From an uncultured Candidatus Peribacteria bacterium (lineage in GTDB: Bacteria; Patescibacteriota; Gracilibacteria; UBA1369; LOWO2-01-FULL-3), in contig CAYVBX010000008.1 in assembly GCA_964449945.1 (NCBI GenBank), positions 1 through 48,509 of the forward strand: DNA of 48,509 nucleotides, in the 5' to 3' direction. Position 1 is the stretch's first letter. Each line of letters begins with the position of its first letter. The position numbers were made by a program, and so were the translations under genes. The notes under the pieces were generated by a model. That model saw only the letters and a list, made by a program, of their open reading frames with translations. It made no database searches and was not told the DNA's origin. Shown one piece after another: positions 19,983 to 29,792 of this stretch.

Positions 19983-20039
19983 TTTATCTGTACTGACAAA
20001 AATTAAACACAGGATTTTTCAAGATTTAAATAATATTCT

Positions 20040-20477
20040 ATGAGACATCAAAACATTCCAGCATCATACCTTACCTTATTAAAAGACAATAAAGTCTTAC
20101 TTTTACGAAGATTTAATACAGGATTTGAAGACGGAAATTATTCAATGATTGCAGGACATGTAGATCCAAATGAATCTTTTTCATCTTGCATTCTTCGTGA
20201 AGCAACAGAAGAAGCAGGCATAATTCTAAAGCCAGAAAATATTCAAGTTGCACATATAATGCATCGAAAGTCTACTTACAACAACGAAGAAAGAGTTGAT
20301 GTTTTTTTTATTGCAAAAGATTGGGGGGGAGAAATTGAAAATAAAGAGCCACACAAATGTGATGATTTATCTTGGTTTGATTTAGACTTTTTGCCAGAAA
20401 ACACTATCCCATATATTAAAGAAGCTTTACACAACATAAATAAAAACATTCCATACAGTGAGTTTGGTTGGGAATAG
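20040..20477 (+). CDS. Nudix hydrolase
   Basis: 145 aa with the Nudix box GHVDPNESFSSCILREATEEAGI (GX5EX7REUXEEXGU). Confidence 0.9.
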   Translation: MRHQNIPASYLTLLKDNKVLLLRRFNTGFEDGNYSMIAGHVDPNESFSSCILREATEEAGIILKPENIQVAHIMHRKSTYNNEERVDVFFIAKDWGGEIENKEPHKCDDLSWFDLDFLPENTIPYIKEALHNINKNIPYSEFGWE

Positions 20478-20537
20478 TTTTTCATCTTTAAATCTTTTTA
20501 AAACTTCATTAAAATAAAAACAAATAACCCAATTTCT

Positions 20538-20744
20538 ATGTATGAAGAAATTTTTTCAGTATTAACTCCAGTTCAAATTACTTTGATAGTTGTTTTAGTA
20601 CTTTTTGAGGCAGTACTAAAACTAATTGCATTATGGAAATCCGCAAACAACCATCAAAAATATTGGTTTGTTTTCATGTTTTTTCTAAATACTGCAGGAA
20701 TTTTGCCACTAATTTATATTAAATTTTTTCAAAAAAAGAGATAG
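20538..20744 (+). CDS. Small two-helix membrane protein
   Basis: 68 aa with two hydrophobic helices and a C-terminal basic tail (FFQKKR). I cannot assign a family with confidence. Confidence 0.5.
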   Translation: MYEEIFSVLTPVQITLIVVLVLFEAVLKLIALWKSANNHQKYWFVFMFFLNTAGILPLIYIKFFQKKR

Positions 20745-20768
20745 ATTTAATATGAAAATTTTAAAAAA

Positions 20769-21239
20769 ATGAAAGCATCTCTAAAAAAAGGCTTCGGTTT
20801 TGGACTAACATCAGGAGTAATTACAACTCTTGGTTTGATAATAGGGCTATATTCTGGAACAAATTCATTAAAAGTAGTTTTAGGTGGAATTTTTGTAATT
20901 GCAATTTCTGATTCGATGTCTGATGCACTCGGTATTCATATTTCAGAAGAATCGCAATTAAAAACTACAACAAAGGCGATTTGGGAGGCAACAATTTCAA
21001 CATTTTTTTCAAAATTTATAATAGCAATTCATTTTATTATTCCATTTTTTATATTTTCTTTAAAAAATGCGATTATTTTTAGTATCTTTTGGGGACTTTC
21101 CTTAATAGGAGTTTTAAGTTTTTATTTAGCAAAACAACAAAAAACAAAACCCTATAAAGTTATTTTAGAACATGTTTTTATTGCAGTTTTAGTAATAATT
21201 TTTACTCATTACATAGGTCAATTTGTAGCGAGTTTCTAA
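20769..21239 (+). CDS. Multi-pass membrane protein, possibly VIT1/CCC1-like
   Basis: 156 aa with 4-5 hydrophobic helices. ISDSMSDALGIHISEES loosely resembles the acidic metal-binding segment of VIT-family proteins. The assignment is weak. Confidence 0.4.
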   Translation: MKASLKKGFGFGLTSGVITTLGLIIGLYSGTNSLKVVLGGIFVIAISDSMSDALGIHISEESQLKTTTKAIWEATISTFFSKFIIAIHFIIPFFIFSLKNAIIFSIFWGLSLIGVLSFYLAKQQKTKPYKVILEHVFIAVLVIIFTHYIGQFVASF

Positions 21240-21283
21240 CTTTATCTTTCAGGCTTTTTTGTTTTAATGTATAAATGATTTAG

Positions 21284-22009
21284 ATGAAAAAAACTCTACA
21301 AAAAAGTCCGAATATTATTTTACGAGGGATTAGGTTCCTTTTATTTTCTTCATTAGTTTTAAATATAATTGTTTCAATTTTAATTCTTTTTGGAAACAAT
21401 TTTGATTTCAATGTGTTGTTCGACGACGAAGCAATTTTAAGATACGAACTTTTTTTATTGGCACTTGCAACACTTGTCTTAACCTATCTTCCAAGTTATG
21501 CAAAAAAGCACAAAATAATTGATTTACCAGATATTATTGAAGCAGTAATTGTTCTCTTTATTTTTGCAGGAATATATTTGAGTGCAAATTTAGATTTATA
21601 TTATAAATATTTTTGGTGGGACGATGTCTTACATACTTTGGCAGGCGTAATAATAGCAGTTGTTGGATTCCTATTAATTTACAAACTCAATTATAAATAT
21701 AGAGCTTCTTTAAGCCCTTTTATGGTAGCAATATTTACATTTTCTTTTGCTCTTTCCATGGGCGTTTTATGGGAGATATTAGAGTTTATGTCTGATGTTT
21801 TTTTTGGAACTGCTCATCAAAAATGGGATTTGCCAGACTCCACCATTTTAATGGGCAAACCATATCAGGGTTCTGGTCTTAGAGATACAATGTCCGATTT
21901 AATCCTCACAGCTATTGGAGCTTTTGTAATTTCAATATTTTCATATTTTGTTTTCAAGCATGGTGATAAAAAATTGATAAAAAAAATTGATAAATATTTA
22001 TCCAATTAA
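21284..22009 (+). CDS. Multi-pass membrane protein (unknown family)
   Basis: 241 aa with about six hydrophobic helices. Has conserved-looking WWDDVLHTLAG and WEILEFMSD segments. Confidence 0.55.
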   Translation: MKKTLQKSPNIILRGIRFLLFSSLVLNIIVSILILFGNNFDFNVLFDDEAILRYELFLLALATLVLTYLPSYAKKHKIIDLPDIIEAVIVLFIFAGIYLSANLDLYYKYFWWDDVLHTLAGVIIAVVGFLLIYKLNYKYRASLSPFMVAIFTFSFALSMGVLWEILEFMSDVFFGTAHQKWDLPDSTILMGKPYQGSGLRDTMSDLILTAIGAFVISIFSYFVFKHGDKKLIKKIDKYLSN

Positions 22010-22013
22010 AAAA

Positions 22014-22034
22014 GGCTTCAATTATATTGAAGCC
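22014..22034 (-). terminator. Hairpin GGCTTCAA-loop-TTGAAGCC between convergent genes
   Basis: 8-bp stem (22014-22021 / 22027-22034), followed on the minus strand by a T-run (complement of A-run 22008-13). Lies downstream of the minus-strand ORF 22066-22386. Confidence 0.35.
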
Positions 22035-22065
22035 AAAAGACATATTCAGGAAATCCAAATATGTA

Positions 22066-22386
22066 TTATTTCGCTGTCTTTATTGCTCTGTAAAAATAAC
22101 CAAAAAATGAACCAAGAGCATAAAACAGGATACTAATTAAAGGTCCAATAAAATACCAGTTTGGAAAGTTTTCTTTTCCTCCTTCAATATACCATCCCAA
22201 TGAGATTCCAGCCCATAAAGAGAACCCAATAAAACTTATGAGCTTCAAGTTTTTTACTTCGGCTTGTAAAGTAATCATCAAGCCTAAAGTAAAAGAAAAC
22301 AGAATAGATAGCTCTTGAAGCATGCCAATAAAAAGGCTTATGTATAAAATTCCAATAAAGATTAAAAACCAATACAGAATTTTCAT
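22066..22386 (-). CDS. Small membrane protein (3-4 TM helices)
   Basis: 106-aa hydrophobic ORF. Confidence 0.5.
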   Translation of the reverse strand: MKILYWFLIFIGILYISLFIGMLQELSILFSFTLGLMITLQAEVKNLKLISFIGFSLWAGISLGWYIEGGKENFPNWYFIGPLISILFYALGSFFGYFYRAIKTAK

Positions 22387-22458
22387 GTTTGCTCCTTTGT
22401 TTATGTTAAAGAACAGCTAAAATAAAATACTCGTAGTATAAAATTTGTCAAAATATAA

Positions 22459-24315
22459 TTAAAAATCATTAGCACTTAAAAAATAATTTTTTTCTAAAAC
22501 GCTTACAACAGTATTTCCAAATTTACTTTCAAAAATACAAAGTAAATTTTTTTCTAAATCTTCAAATCCAAGTTTTTCGCAGTAATCAATAATCAAATTT
22601 AATCGAGCATCTTCATTTATTTCATCTGTAAGGTTTTTATCAAAAGGAAGATTAAATCTAAATCGTAAAAAACTTTCATCATCTTCATTTATTTCAAGGT
22701 GTACCGGAATTAAAAATTCACGATTATCAATAATTAATTTTTCTTTTTTTAAATCAACAGCAATAAAGTTTTTTAGTTTTGGGAAATTCCAAAATTGTAA
22801 AAAAATATTAGAGTTATCGTCGATATATGTAATTAGTTCATTAATTTCATTCTCAGTTCTATTATTTTTTTCGATATTTCTCCCAAGTCCAATTTCAGTT
22901 TCAAATCCTAAAAATGATAGTACTGTTGTACCTGTGTCCAATGTTAGTCCAGCGTTTTCTATTATCTTTGCATTTTTATTTTCTGGATAATTTACGAAAA
23001 ATAGATTTTTTCTATCTCCTTTATTTAATAAATTTGACGCAGTATTTTGTAGCGCTAGATGATCTGATGAAACAACTATTAAAGTGTTTTCATCAAGTCC
23101 AGAACTACGAATCTTATTTATAAAATTGGATATTAAAAAATCAGAACAATGAACTGCATTTAAAATAGGGTTTTCGTTATCTTCATATTCTAAATTTTCA
23201 CAACTTTTAGAAAGCATTCCTTCTGGATGATGTGTATCAAGAGTAAGCATAAATAATGCAAAATTTTCTTTACTATTTGCAATTTCTAAATATTTATTAA
23301 ATGCAATATCAAAAATAGTATCATCAAAAAGACCCCAACCATTACTATAGTCAGGATTTAATGTTTGAGGAATTAACTCTTTCAAACCATTTACTTCATC
23401 AAAACGATGAGTTTTTAAAAACTTCCCTTTACCTGCAAAATCAAGATCGGCACCTCCAATAAAAGACAAATAATAATTTTCTTGTTTTAATAAATCAGAA
23501 AAACAAATAGCAGAAGGCAAAAATAAATCCATCCCATTCATTGAATTCGAGTGGGAATAAGAAAGAAGAGGAATCCCACACATACTAGCAACCAATCCAG
23601 CAATTGTATGACTTGAATAATTGTCCTGTGAAACATTTGTAAAAGAAACACTATTTTCCTCTATCACCTTCAAATTTGGAGTAAGACTAGGAAAAATTTT
23701 TTCATCAAAATATGTCCTTTCAAAGCCTTCCGCATAAATAAATATCAAGTTTTTATTTTCAGAAATTTTATTTAATTTTGGAAAATTATATTTTTGATAA
23801 AAATTATCATCAGCTTCAAAAATATATTCTGCTTCAGTATTTGGAATTAATTCATTTAATACAACTCTTCCGGGATTTAAATAAAATGATAATAAAAATA
23901 AAATAATAACAAACAACGAAGAATACTTAAATCGCGAATTTTTTTTATGAATAAAAATAAAAAAAGACAAAACAAAATTTAAAAATAAAAAAATAATGGA
24001 GGAGAAAATTACGGCTCTAAATTCAGAAAATCCAGCCCCAGAAATTCCATATTTTATAAAATAGATTACTGAATTATCTATTCCATTTCCTGTAAAATAA
24101 TCAGACACAAAATAAAACACATAAATACAAATTGAAAAAAATACTAAAACTGAAAAAACATATTTTAGGAAATTTTTATTAACACCAAAATAAAAAAATA
24201 AAAATATTGAAGTAAAAAACAGTAAAATCGAAAAAAACATTTTATTAAATAAAGCAATAATTATTAAAAACATAAATCTTTTGAACGATTTCTTCAAGAA
24301 ATAAATTTTATTCAA
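22459..24315 (-). CDS. LtaS/OpgB-type sulfatase-fold phosphoglycerol (or similar) transferase
   Basis: 618 aa. An N-terminal block of about five TM helices is followed by an extracytoplasmic alkaline-phosphatase-superfamily domain. Motifs visible: NLIFIYAEGFER, SSHTIAGLVASMCG, LTLDTHHPEG and VVSSDHLA. Confidence 0.75.
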   Translation of the reverse strand: MNKIYFLKKSFKRFMFLIIIALFNKMFFSILLFFTSIFLFFYFGVNKNFLKYVFSVLVFFSICIYVFYFVSDYFTGNGIDNSVIYFIKYGISGAGFSEFRAVIFSSIIFLFLNFVLSFFIFIHKKNSRFKYSSLFVIILFLLSFYLNPGRVVLNELIPNTEAEYIFEADDNFYQKYNFPKLNKISENKNLIFIYAEGFERTYFDEKIFPSLTPNLKVIEENSVSFTNVSQDNYSSHTIAGLVASMCGIPLLSYSHSNSMNGMDLFLPSAICFSDLLKQENYYLSFIGGADLDFAGKGKFLKTHRFDEVNGLKELIPQTLNPDYSNGWGLFDDTIFDIAFNKYLEIANSKENFALFMLTLDTHHPEGMLSKSCENLEYEDNENPILNAVHCSDFLISNFINKIRSSGLDENTLIVVSSDHLALQNTASNLLNKGDRKNLFFVNYPENKNAKIIENAGLTLDTGTTVLSFLGFETEIGLGRNIEKNNRTENEINELITYIDDNSNIFLQFWNFPKLKNFIAVDLKKEKLIIDNREFLIPVHLEINEDDESFLRFRFNLPFDKNLTDEINEDARLNLIIDYCEKLGFEDLEKNLLCIFESKFGNTVVSVLEKNYFLSANDF

Positions 24316-24361
24316 AAAAAGAAATATTTATGGTAAAATAACAAGATTTAATAACAAAAAA

Positions 24362-24571
24362 ATGATAATTACAATAAAGTATTTTGCAAAAAACTTAAGC
24401 ATCGTAATAGGTCTGGTACTTATTTGGAGAGGTGTTTGGTATGTTCTAGATTATTTAGATTCAATTTTTTTAAACGGAAATCACACAATTTCAGGGATAA
24501 TCGGAATTATTGTTGGATTGTTAGTATTATATTTACCAGATAAAGATTTAAAAGAAATTAGCAAACTATGA
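24362..24571 (+). CDS. Small two-helix membrane protein
   Basis: 69 aa. Its TGA stop overlaps the next start (ATGA at 24568). Confidence 0.45.
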   Translation: MIITIKYFAKNLSIVIGLVLIWRGVWYVLDYLDSIFLNGNHTISGIIGIIVGLLVLYLPDKDLKEISKL

Positions 24572-25194
24572 CACTTATTACATTAGTTGTAGGGATAATT
24601 GCCTCAGGCATCCTTTTATATGGAGCTTCATTAAACGAGAATGAAAATATTAAAAACCCTATAAAATCAAAGAAAAATTGGTTTTTTCTAGCAGGTGCAA
24701 GTTTGATGCTTGTTTATGCAATTTTAAGTTTTTATTCATCTTCATTAACTTTGTTTTTCGTCTTGCTACAAAGTTTGGCAGTCTTGTCTGGAATCTTAAT
24801 GATGTTAAATACTCCAGACAAAATTGATTTGCCAATTATTAGTTTGATTGGAACTGCTTTTATATATTGGGCATTAAATAATTATACAGGAATAAACACA
24901 ATTTTTTTCATTATAGGTCTTACAGGAACAGGGCTTGGATACGCATTTGAAATGGGCACTATAAGAAGGTATTTGTGTCTAAGTTTTGGAACTTTGTTAA
25001 TTGCAATTTTCAGCTTTATAGAGCAAGCATGGATTTTTTTCTTCCTAAAATCCTTTTTTTCAGCTTTTTCGTTTATTTATCTATATAAAATAATCAAACG
25101 CCAAAAAACAACTCACCCAATTATTCTTAAAATATTAAATAAACTAAAGAAAACTGAAGGTGAAAAGCCCGGACACATAAGTGATGTAGCTTAA
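24568..25194 (+). CDS. Multi-pass membrane protein (unknown family)
   Basis: 208 aa with about six hydrophobic helices. Translationally coupled to 24362-24571. Confidence 0.5.
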   Translation: MTLITLVVGIIASGILLYGASLNENENIKNPIKSKKNWFFLAGASLMLVYAILSFYSSSLTLFFVLLQSLAVLSGILMMLNTPDKIDLPIISLIGTAFIYWALNNYTGINTIFFIIGLTGTGLGYAFEMGTIRRYLCLSFGTLLIAIFSFIEQAWIFFFLKSFFSAFSFIYLYKIIKRQKTTHPIILKILNKLKKTEGEKPGHISDVA

Positions 25195-25212
25195 AAAATA
25201 AACAAAACACCA

Positions 25213-26136
25213 ATGCTAGAAATCTTAACAATCATCGCCCCATTATTTCTCATAATTATTGCGACTGCAGTCGTACAAAAACATCTTGGAATAGGCGACG
25301 ATTGGTCAAAAGTTTTAAATGAATATGCACTAAAAATTGGACTTCCAGTACTAATTTTTTCTAGCCTAGCCAAAACACCATTTTCATTTAAAGCCGAAGC
25401 ATCTTTGATTATTGCAAATTCAATTTTTGTAATTTCAAGTTTGATTATTGCTTATTTAATCGGAAAAATTTTCAAATTTGAAAAAACATTTTTTCGAACA
25501 TTCTTTATCTGTTTGGCTTTTTCCAATGTCGCTTATCTTGGAATTCCAGTTCTTTCGGAAGCAAAAGGCGCAGAAGTTTTACCTCAAGTAAGTCTTATTA
25601 TCGGAATTTATTTATTTTGGATATTTACTATTGCAGTTGCTTTTTTAGACCACTTAATAAAAGAAAAAAACGAAAAAATTGCAAAAAACACTATCAAAAA
25701 TTTAATAAAAAACCCATTACTTCTATCTTGTTTTTTTGGCATTATGATAGGCTCTTTAGGCATCCGACTACCCGAAATTTTTCATAAATCTCTAGACATG
25801 GTAAGTGCTTCTGTTACACCAACAGTACTTATAGTAATTGGTCTTTTCATCGGAAAATCAGAAATTGGAAAACTAAAAGAATGGATTCCTATAGCAATAT
25901 TTTCAGCCCTCATATTATTCGCTCTTCCTGCAGTTTTTTATTTCGGCTTAAAAATATTTCAGCTAAATCCCAAAGATTTCTCAATTTCAATCATAGAATC
26001 AGCAATGCCACTCGCCATTACTCCGTTTGCACTAGCCGATAAATATAAACTCGATAAAAATTTCATAGCAAGATCCATAGTTTTGTCGACTATTTTATCT
26101 GTATTAAGCCTGCCTTTTTGGATTTCAATTCTTTAG
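25213..26136 (+). CDS. AEC (auxin efflux carrier) family permease
   Basis: 307 aa with about 10 TM helices. The N-terminus MLEILTIIAPLFLIIIATAVVQKHLGI and the two-lobed organisation are typical of AEC/YfdV-type transporters. Confidence 0.75.
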   Translation: MLEILTIIAPLFLIIIATAVVQKHLGIGDDWSKVLNEYALKIGLPVLIFSSLAKTPFSFKAEASLIIANSIFVISSLIIAYLIGKIFKFEKTFFRTFFICLAFSNVAYLGIPVLSEAKGAEVLPQVSLIIGIYLFWIFTIAVAFLDHLIKEKNEKIAKNTIKNLIKNPLLLSCFFGIMIGSLGIRLPEIFHKSLDMVSASVTPTVLIVIGLFIGKSEIGKLKEWIPIAIFSALILFALPAVFYFGLKIFQLNPKDFSISIIESAMPLAITPFALADKYKLDKNFIARSIVLSTILSVLSLPFWISIL

Positions 26137-26280
26137 GGAAAATTTCAATGAATTATATATTGTTTTAATTTTTCACATTTAGTACCCAAGATCCCAAGCC
26201 CCTCTTTTCGCCAAAGCAAAAAATACTCATTAAAAGCTCATCCAAAAGACAAAAAACGACTATTCTTTTGCAAAGAAAAA

Positions 26281-26289
26281 TGCTATAAT
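26281..26289 (+). promoter_or_regulatory. Extended -10 element TGCTATAAT upstream of the P-type ATPase
   Basis: TGnTATAAT at 26281-26289, 22 nt upstream of ATG 26311. No good -35 at 17 nt spacing. Confidence 0.4.
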
Positions 26290-26290
26290 T

Positions 26291-26308
26291 ATTAGATTTA
26301 AATCTAAT
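26291..26308. promoter_or_regulatory. Perfect 18-bp palindrome ATTAGATTTAAATCTAAT between the -10 and the ATPase start codon
   Basis: ATTAGATTT / AAATCTAAT are exact reverse complements. The palindrome ends 2 nt before ATG 26311. Confidence 0.5.
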
Positions 26309-26310
26309 AA

Positions 26311-29010
26311 ATGAAAACAAATTTCCATAGCCTCAATATATCAGAAGCATTAAAAAACCTAGAATCAAGCAAAAGTGGCCTTACAACAAAAGAAGCTGAA
26401 AAAAGACTCAAAAAATATGGTCCAAATGAATTTTCAAAAGAAAAAAAATTCTCTACATTAAAATTATTAATAAGTCAGTTTAAAGACCCTCTAATCTATA
26501 TACTAATAATTGCCTTTGCTATTAGTTTGGCTACAGGTCATTTAACTGATGCCTCAGTTATCTTCGTTGTTATTATTATCAGTACAGTCGTTAGTTTTAT
26601 ACAAGAATACAAAGCAAACGAAGCCCTCTCAAAATTAAAATCATTAATAGAATTTAAAGCAAAGGTAATTAGAAATGGAAAAGAACACGTAATACTGCAA
26701 ACAGAAGTTGTGCCTGGAGATATAATTATTCTTAATCAAGGAGATAAAATACCGGCGGACAGTAGAATCATAGAATACAAAAACCTTGAAATTAATGAAG
26801 CACCATTAACAGGAGAATCCTTGCCAATAGAAAAAACATCAGATCCTTTTAATATTGGCACCTCTCTAGCAGAGAGAAAAAATATGGTATATCTTGGAAC
26901 TGTAGTTGTTCGGGGGACGGGGAAAGCCTTAGTAGTAGCGACAGGAAAGCATACAGAGATTGGAAATATTGCAAAATTAGTAGGAGAAACAGCGGAAGTA
27001 AAAACACCTCTACAAAAACAACTCCTTAAATTTAGCCAATTAATCGGTATTTTTTTAGTAATCCTTAATCTTCTTATTTTTACATTCGGAATTATTACAG
27101 GAAAGCCTCTATTTGAAATGTTTTTAGTTTCAGTATCTATGCTTGTAGCTGGAATACCAGAAGGACTGCTTCCAGCAATGACCGTAATCTTATCAGTTGG
27201 AGTGCAAAAATTAGCGAAAAAAAATGGATTAGTTCGAAAAATGATAGCAACCGAAACACTCGGATCAGTTTCAGTTATTTGTTCAGATAAAACCGGAACA
27301 CTCACAGAAGGCGAAATGCGAGTTGTTGAAATAATAACAGAAACAGAAAATTTAAAATTAAACGGAGAAAAACTAGAAAAAAAATTCGATATTACTAGCG
27401 ATGCAAGCCATATTAAAGCACTCAAAATCGGAGTTCTTTGCAACAATGCAATAATTGAAAATCTCGACGAAGCCTTAAAAAACACTGAAATAATAGGAAA
27501 TCCAACTGAAAAAGCATTAATTCTAGCAGGTCTTTCAACTGGAATTCATAAAGACGAGCTAGAAAAGAATGAAAGAAGAATAAATGAAATTCCATTTGAA
27601 TCAGAATATAAATATATGGTTACAAGCCATTCTTATGGCAAAGATAGCATTGCGAGTTATATGAAAGGAGCCCCTGAAATAATTCTAAAATTTTGTAATA
27701 AAATTGATATTGAAGGCAAATATTCAGTATTAACAGATAAAAAAACAAAAGAAATAATTGAAAATTACGAAAATTATACAAGAAAAGGTCTTAGGGTAAT
27801 CGCAGTTGCAGAAAAAATAGAAAATGAAAAAACATTTAATAAAGATTCAAAAGATGATCAATTAAAGGACTTCGTTTTTGTAGGACTCATAGTACTTAAA
27901 GATCCACTCAGAAAGGAGGCAAAGGAAACAATCGAGCTTTGTCAAAGTGCAGGAATCAGACCGATTATAATCACAGGCGATCACAAGCTTACAGCAATGG
28001 CAATTGTTTCAGATATGGGCATTCTTGTTAAAGAAGAAAATGTAATGGAAGGGAAAGACCTCGAAAATATTGATGATTTAGAATTGAAAAAAATCATTAA
28101 CAATATTTATATTTTTGCAAGAGTAGAGCCAAAACACAAACTTCGAATAGTCGAAGCACTTCAAGCTAATAATGAAGTTGTTGCAATGACTGGAGATGGA
28201 ATAAATGACGCACCAGCTCTAAAAAAGGCAGATATTGGTGTTGCACTTGGTTCTGGCACAGATGTAGCAAAAGAAACATCAGATTTAGTTTTGCTAGATG
28301 ATAATTTCAAAACAATAGTAGAAGCCATAAAAAGGGGTAGGGCAGTTTTTGATAACATTAGAAAAGTTGTTTTATATCTTTTATCAAATTCTCTCAATGA
28401 AGTATTTTTAATAACTTTCTCGCTCATTTTCGGATTACCTTTAGCTTTAATACCAGTTCAAATTTTATGGATAAACATGATTGAGGATTCGTTTCCGGCT
28501 ATTGCTCTTGCATTTGACCCAGTTAATAAAAACGCAATGCAACTTCCTCCGAGAGATCCAAAAGAACAAATACTCAATAGTGGTCTTAAAAAACTCTTAA
28601 TATTCTTCATTCTTTTTGCCGACACAATATTATTCTCAATTTTTTATTGGGCTTTCTCAAGCACAGGCAATCCAGCTTATGCACAAACAATAACATTTGT
28701 CGGACTCGGAATTGCCTCAAGATTTTATGTGTTTTCAATTAGAGGCTTAACTCAACCAATCTATAAATATAATCCATTCAATAATAATTGGGTAAATATT
28801 TCAACGCTATTTGGTTTCGCAATGATTTTAGTCGCAATTTATGTGCCATTTTTTAACAAAATTTTAAAAACAGTACCAATTGGAGTAAAAGAATGGCTAA
28901 TTCTTGGGACTTACGCATTTTTGACAATAGGAATTTATGAACTAGGAAAACTACTTTTCGTATATCTTCCCAAAAAAAGAAAATTAAATTTCACAATAAA
29001 AACAAAATGA
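26311..29010 (+). CDS. Cation-transporting P-type ATPase, type II (Ca2+/SERCA-PMCA-like)
   Basis: 899 aa with the phosphorylation site CSDKTGTLT. Also present are TGES (LTGES), PEGLLP in M4, the hinge TGDGINDAPALKKADIGVA and 10 predicted TM segments. Confidence 0.9.
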   Translation: MKTNFHSLNISEALKNLESSKSGLTTKEAEKRLKKYGPNEFSKEKKFSTLKLLISQFKDPLIYILIIAFAISLATGHLTDASVIFVVIIISTVVSFIQEYKANEALSKLKSLIEFKAKVIRNGKEHVILQTEVVPGDIIILNQGDKIPADSRIIEYKNLEINEAPLTGESLPIEKTSDPFNIGTSLAERKNMVYLGTVVVRGTGKALVVATGKHTEIGNIAKLVGETAEVKTPLQKQLLKFSQLIGIFLVILNLLIFTFGIITGKPLFEMFLVSVSMLVAGIPEGLLPAMTVILSVGVQKLAKKNGLVRKMIATETLGSVSVICSDKTGTLTEGEMRVVEIITETENLKLNGEKLEKKFDITSDASHIKALKIGVLCNNAIIENLDEALKNTEIIGNPTEKALILAGLSTGIHKDELEKNERRINEIPFESEYKYMVTSHSYGKDSIASYMKGAPEIILKFCNKIDIEGKYSVLTDKKTKEIIENYENYTRKGLRVIAVAEKIENEKTFNKDSKDDQLKDFVFVGLIVLKDPLRKEAKETIELCQSAGIRPIIITGDHKLTAMAIVSDMGILVKEENVMEGKDLENIDDLELKKIINNIYIFARVEPKHKLRIVEALQANNEVVAMTGDGINDAPALKKADIGVALGSGTDVAKETSDLVLLDDNFKTIVEAIKRGRAVFDNIRKVVLYLLSNSLNEVFLITFSLIFGLPLALIPVQILWINMIEDSFPAIALAFDPVNKNAMQLPPRDPKEQILNSGLKKLLIFFILFADTILFSIFYWAFSSTGNPAYAQTITFVGLGIASRFYVFSIRGLTQPIYKYNPFNNNWVNISTLFGFAMILVAIYVPFFNKILKTVPIGVKEWLILGTYAFLTIGIYELGKLLFVYLPKKRKLNFTIKTK

Positions 29011-29621
29011 TAAAACTATTTCAACGAAAAAAATTTAAAATAAAAAATCCATTTCGACGCAAAAAATACAAAATAAAATATCCAAAATTTTTATTACTTT
29101 TAATTACAATTTGTTTTGCAATTTTATTATTTTATGAAGGAAGAAATTATGAACCACTTGAAGAATTTCTCAATTCTCTAGGCTACTTTGGCACTTTCAT
29201 CGGAGGACTTTTTTACGCTTACGGATTTACATCTGCCCCCGCAACAGCAGTGCTTTTAGTTCTTTCAGAAGGACAAAATATTATATTAGCAGGACTAATC
29301 GGAGGACTTGGAGCTTTATTAAGTGATTTATTAATATTTTTATTCATAAGACAATCTTTTTCAGACGAAATAAAACAAATTTCAAAAGAAAAAATTGTTA
29401 AAAAAATTGCAAAAACCGAAAAGAAAATCTTCGGAAGACTTTCAAAATACATTCTTCCAACCTTTGCAGGATTTCTAATAGCATCACCACTTCCAACAGA
29501 AGTTGGAGTAAGCCTAATGGCAAGCATCAAAAAACTCTCCGTCAAAAAATTTATGATTGTTGCCTATATCCTACATACAATCGGAGTTTTCTTAATTCTT
29601 TTAGTTGGTAAATCGATTTAA
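29007..29621 (+). CDS. Membrane protein translationally coupled to the P-type ATPase
   Basis: 204 aa with 4-5 hydrophobic helices. Its start overlaps the ATPase stop (ATGA at 29007-29010). Confidence 0.5.
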   Translation: MIKLFQRKKFKIKNPFRRKKYKIKYPKFLLLLITICFAILLFYEGRNYEPLEEFLNSLGYFGTFIGGLFYAYGFTSAPATAVLLVLSEGQNIILAGLIGGLGALLSDLLIFLFIRQSFSDEIKQISKEKIVKKIAKTEKKIFGRLSKYILPTFAGFLIASPLPTEVGVSLMASIKKLSVKKFMIVAYILHTIGVFLILLVGKSI

Positions 29622-29636
29622 TTTTTTTTAAAAAAA

Positions 29637-29664
29637 TTGACGACTTTTAAAAAATTCATATAAT
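29637..29664 (+). promoter_or_regulatory. Near-consensus promoter TTGACG-16-TATAAT
   Basis: TTGACG at 29637-29642 and TATAAT at 29659-29664 with a 16-nt spacer. Lies upstream of the leader ORF and the 29805 gene cluster. Confidence 0.55.
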
Positions 29665-29683
29665 GAAATCGAAATTTATACTT

Positions 29684-29728
29684 ATGAAAACTCAAACTTT
29701 CTTTTTTAGCTTTTTCTTTACTCCTTGA
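29684..29728 (+). CDS. Candidate Phe-rich leader peptide MKTQTFFFSFFFTP
   Basis: 14 codons plus TGA, with six Phe codons in seven positions (29699-29719). Resembles E. coli pheL ([15 protein letters not shown]). Followed by alternative pairings and a terminator hairpin. Confidence 0.45.
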   Translation: MKTQTFFFSFFFTP

Positions 29729-29767
29729 GGAGAGCTATTTGAGTTTTAAATAAAAAATCCAAATATC

Positions 29768-29792
29768 ACTCCTTCCAAAAAGGAGTTTTTTT
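29768..29792 (+). terminator. Intrinsic terminator/attenuator hairpin ACTCCTT-CCAAA-AAGGAGT followed by a T-run
   Basis: 7-bp stem (29768-29774 / 29780-29786) followed by a T-run to 29792. Located 13 nt upstream of ATG 29805, inside the 5-prime leader. Confidence 0.55.

Noticed and set aside
26736-27485. 249-aa ORF on the minus strand inside the P-type ATPase gene. Similar antisense ORFs occur at 28161-28427, 5132-5518, 8057-8344, 29219-29545, 39502-39798 and 41161-41439.
   Set aside because: Each lies entirely within and antisense to a strongly supported conserved gene. Their low-complexity Ser/Phe/Ile-rich composition is typical of shadow frames, and they have no independent start context.
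29663-29683. Longer version of the leader ORF starting at ATG 29663 (MKSKFILMKTQTFFFSFFFTP).
   Set aside because: This ATG overlaps the TATAAT -10 box (29659-29664), so it would not be on a transcript initiated from that promoter. The in-frame ATG 29684 is retained instead.
29780-29786. AAGGAGT considered as the Shine-Dalgarno site of the 29805 gene.
   Set aside because: The AGGAG core ends 19 nt before the ATG, which is too far for a functional SD. It forms the 3-prime arm of a hairpin followed by a T-run, so it is better explained as a terminator stem.
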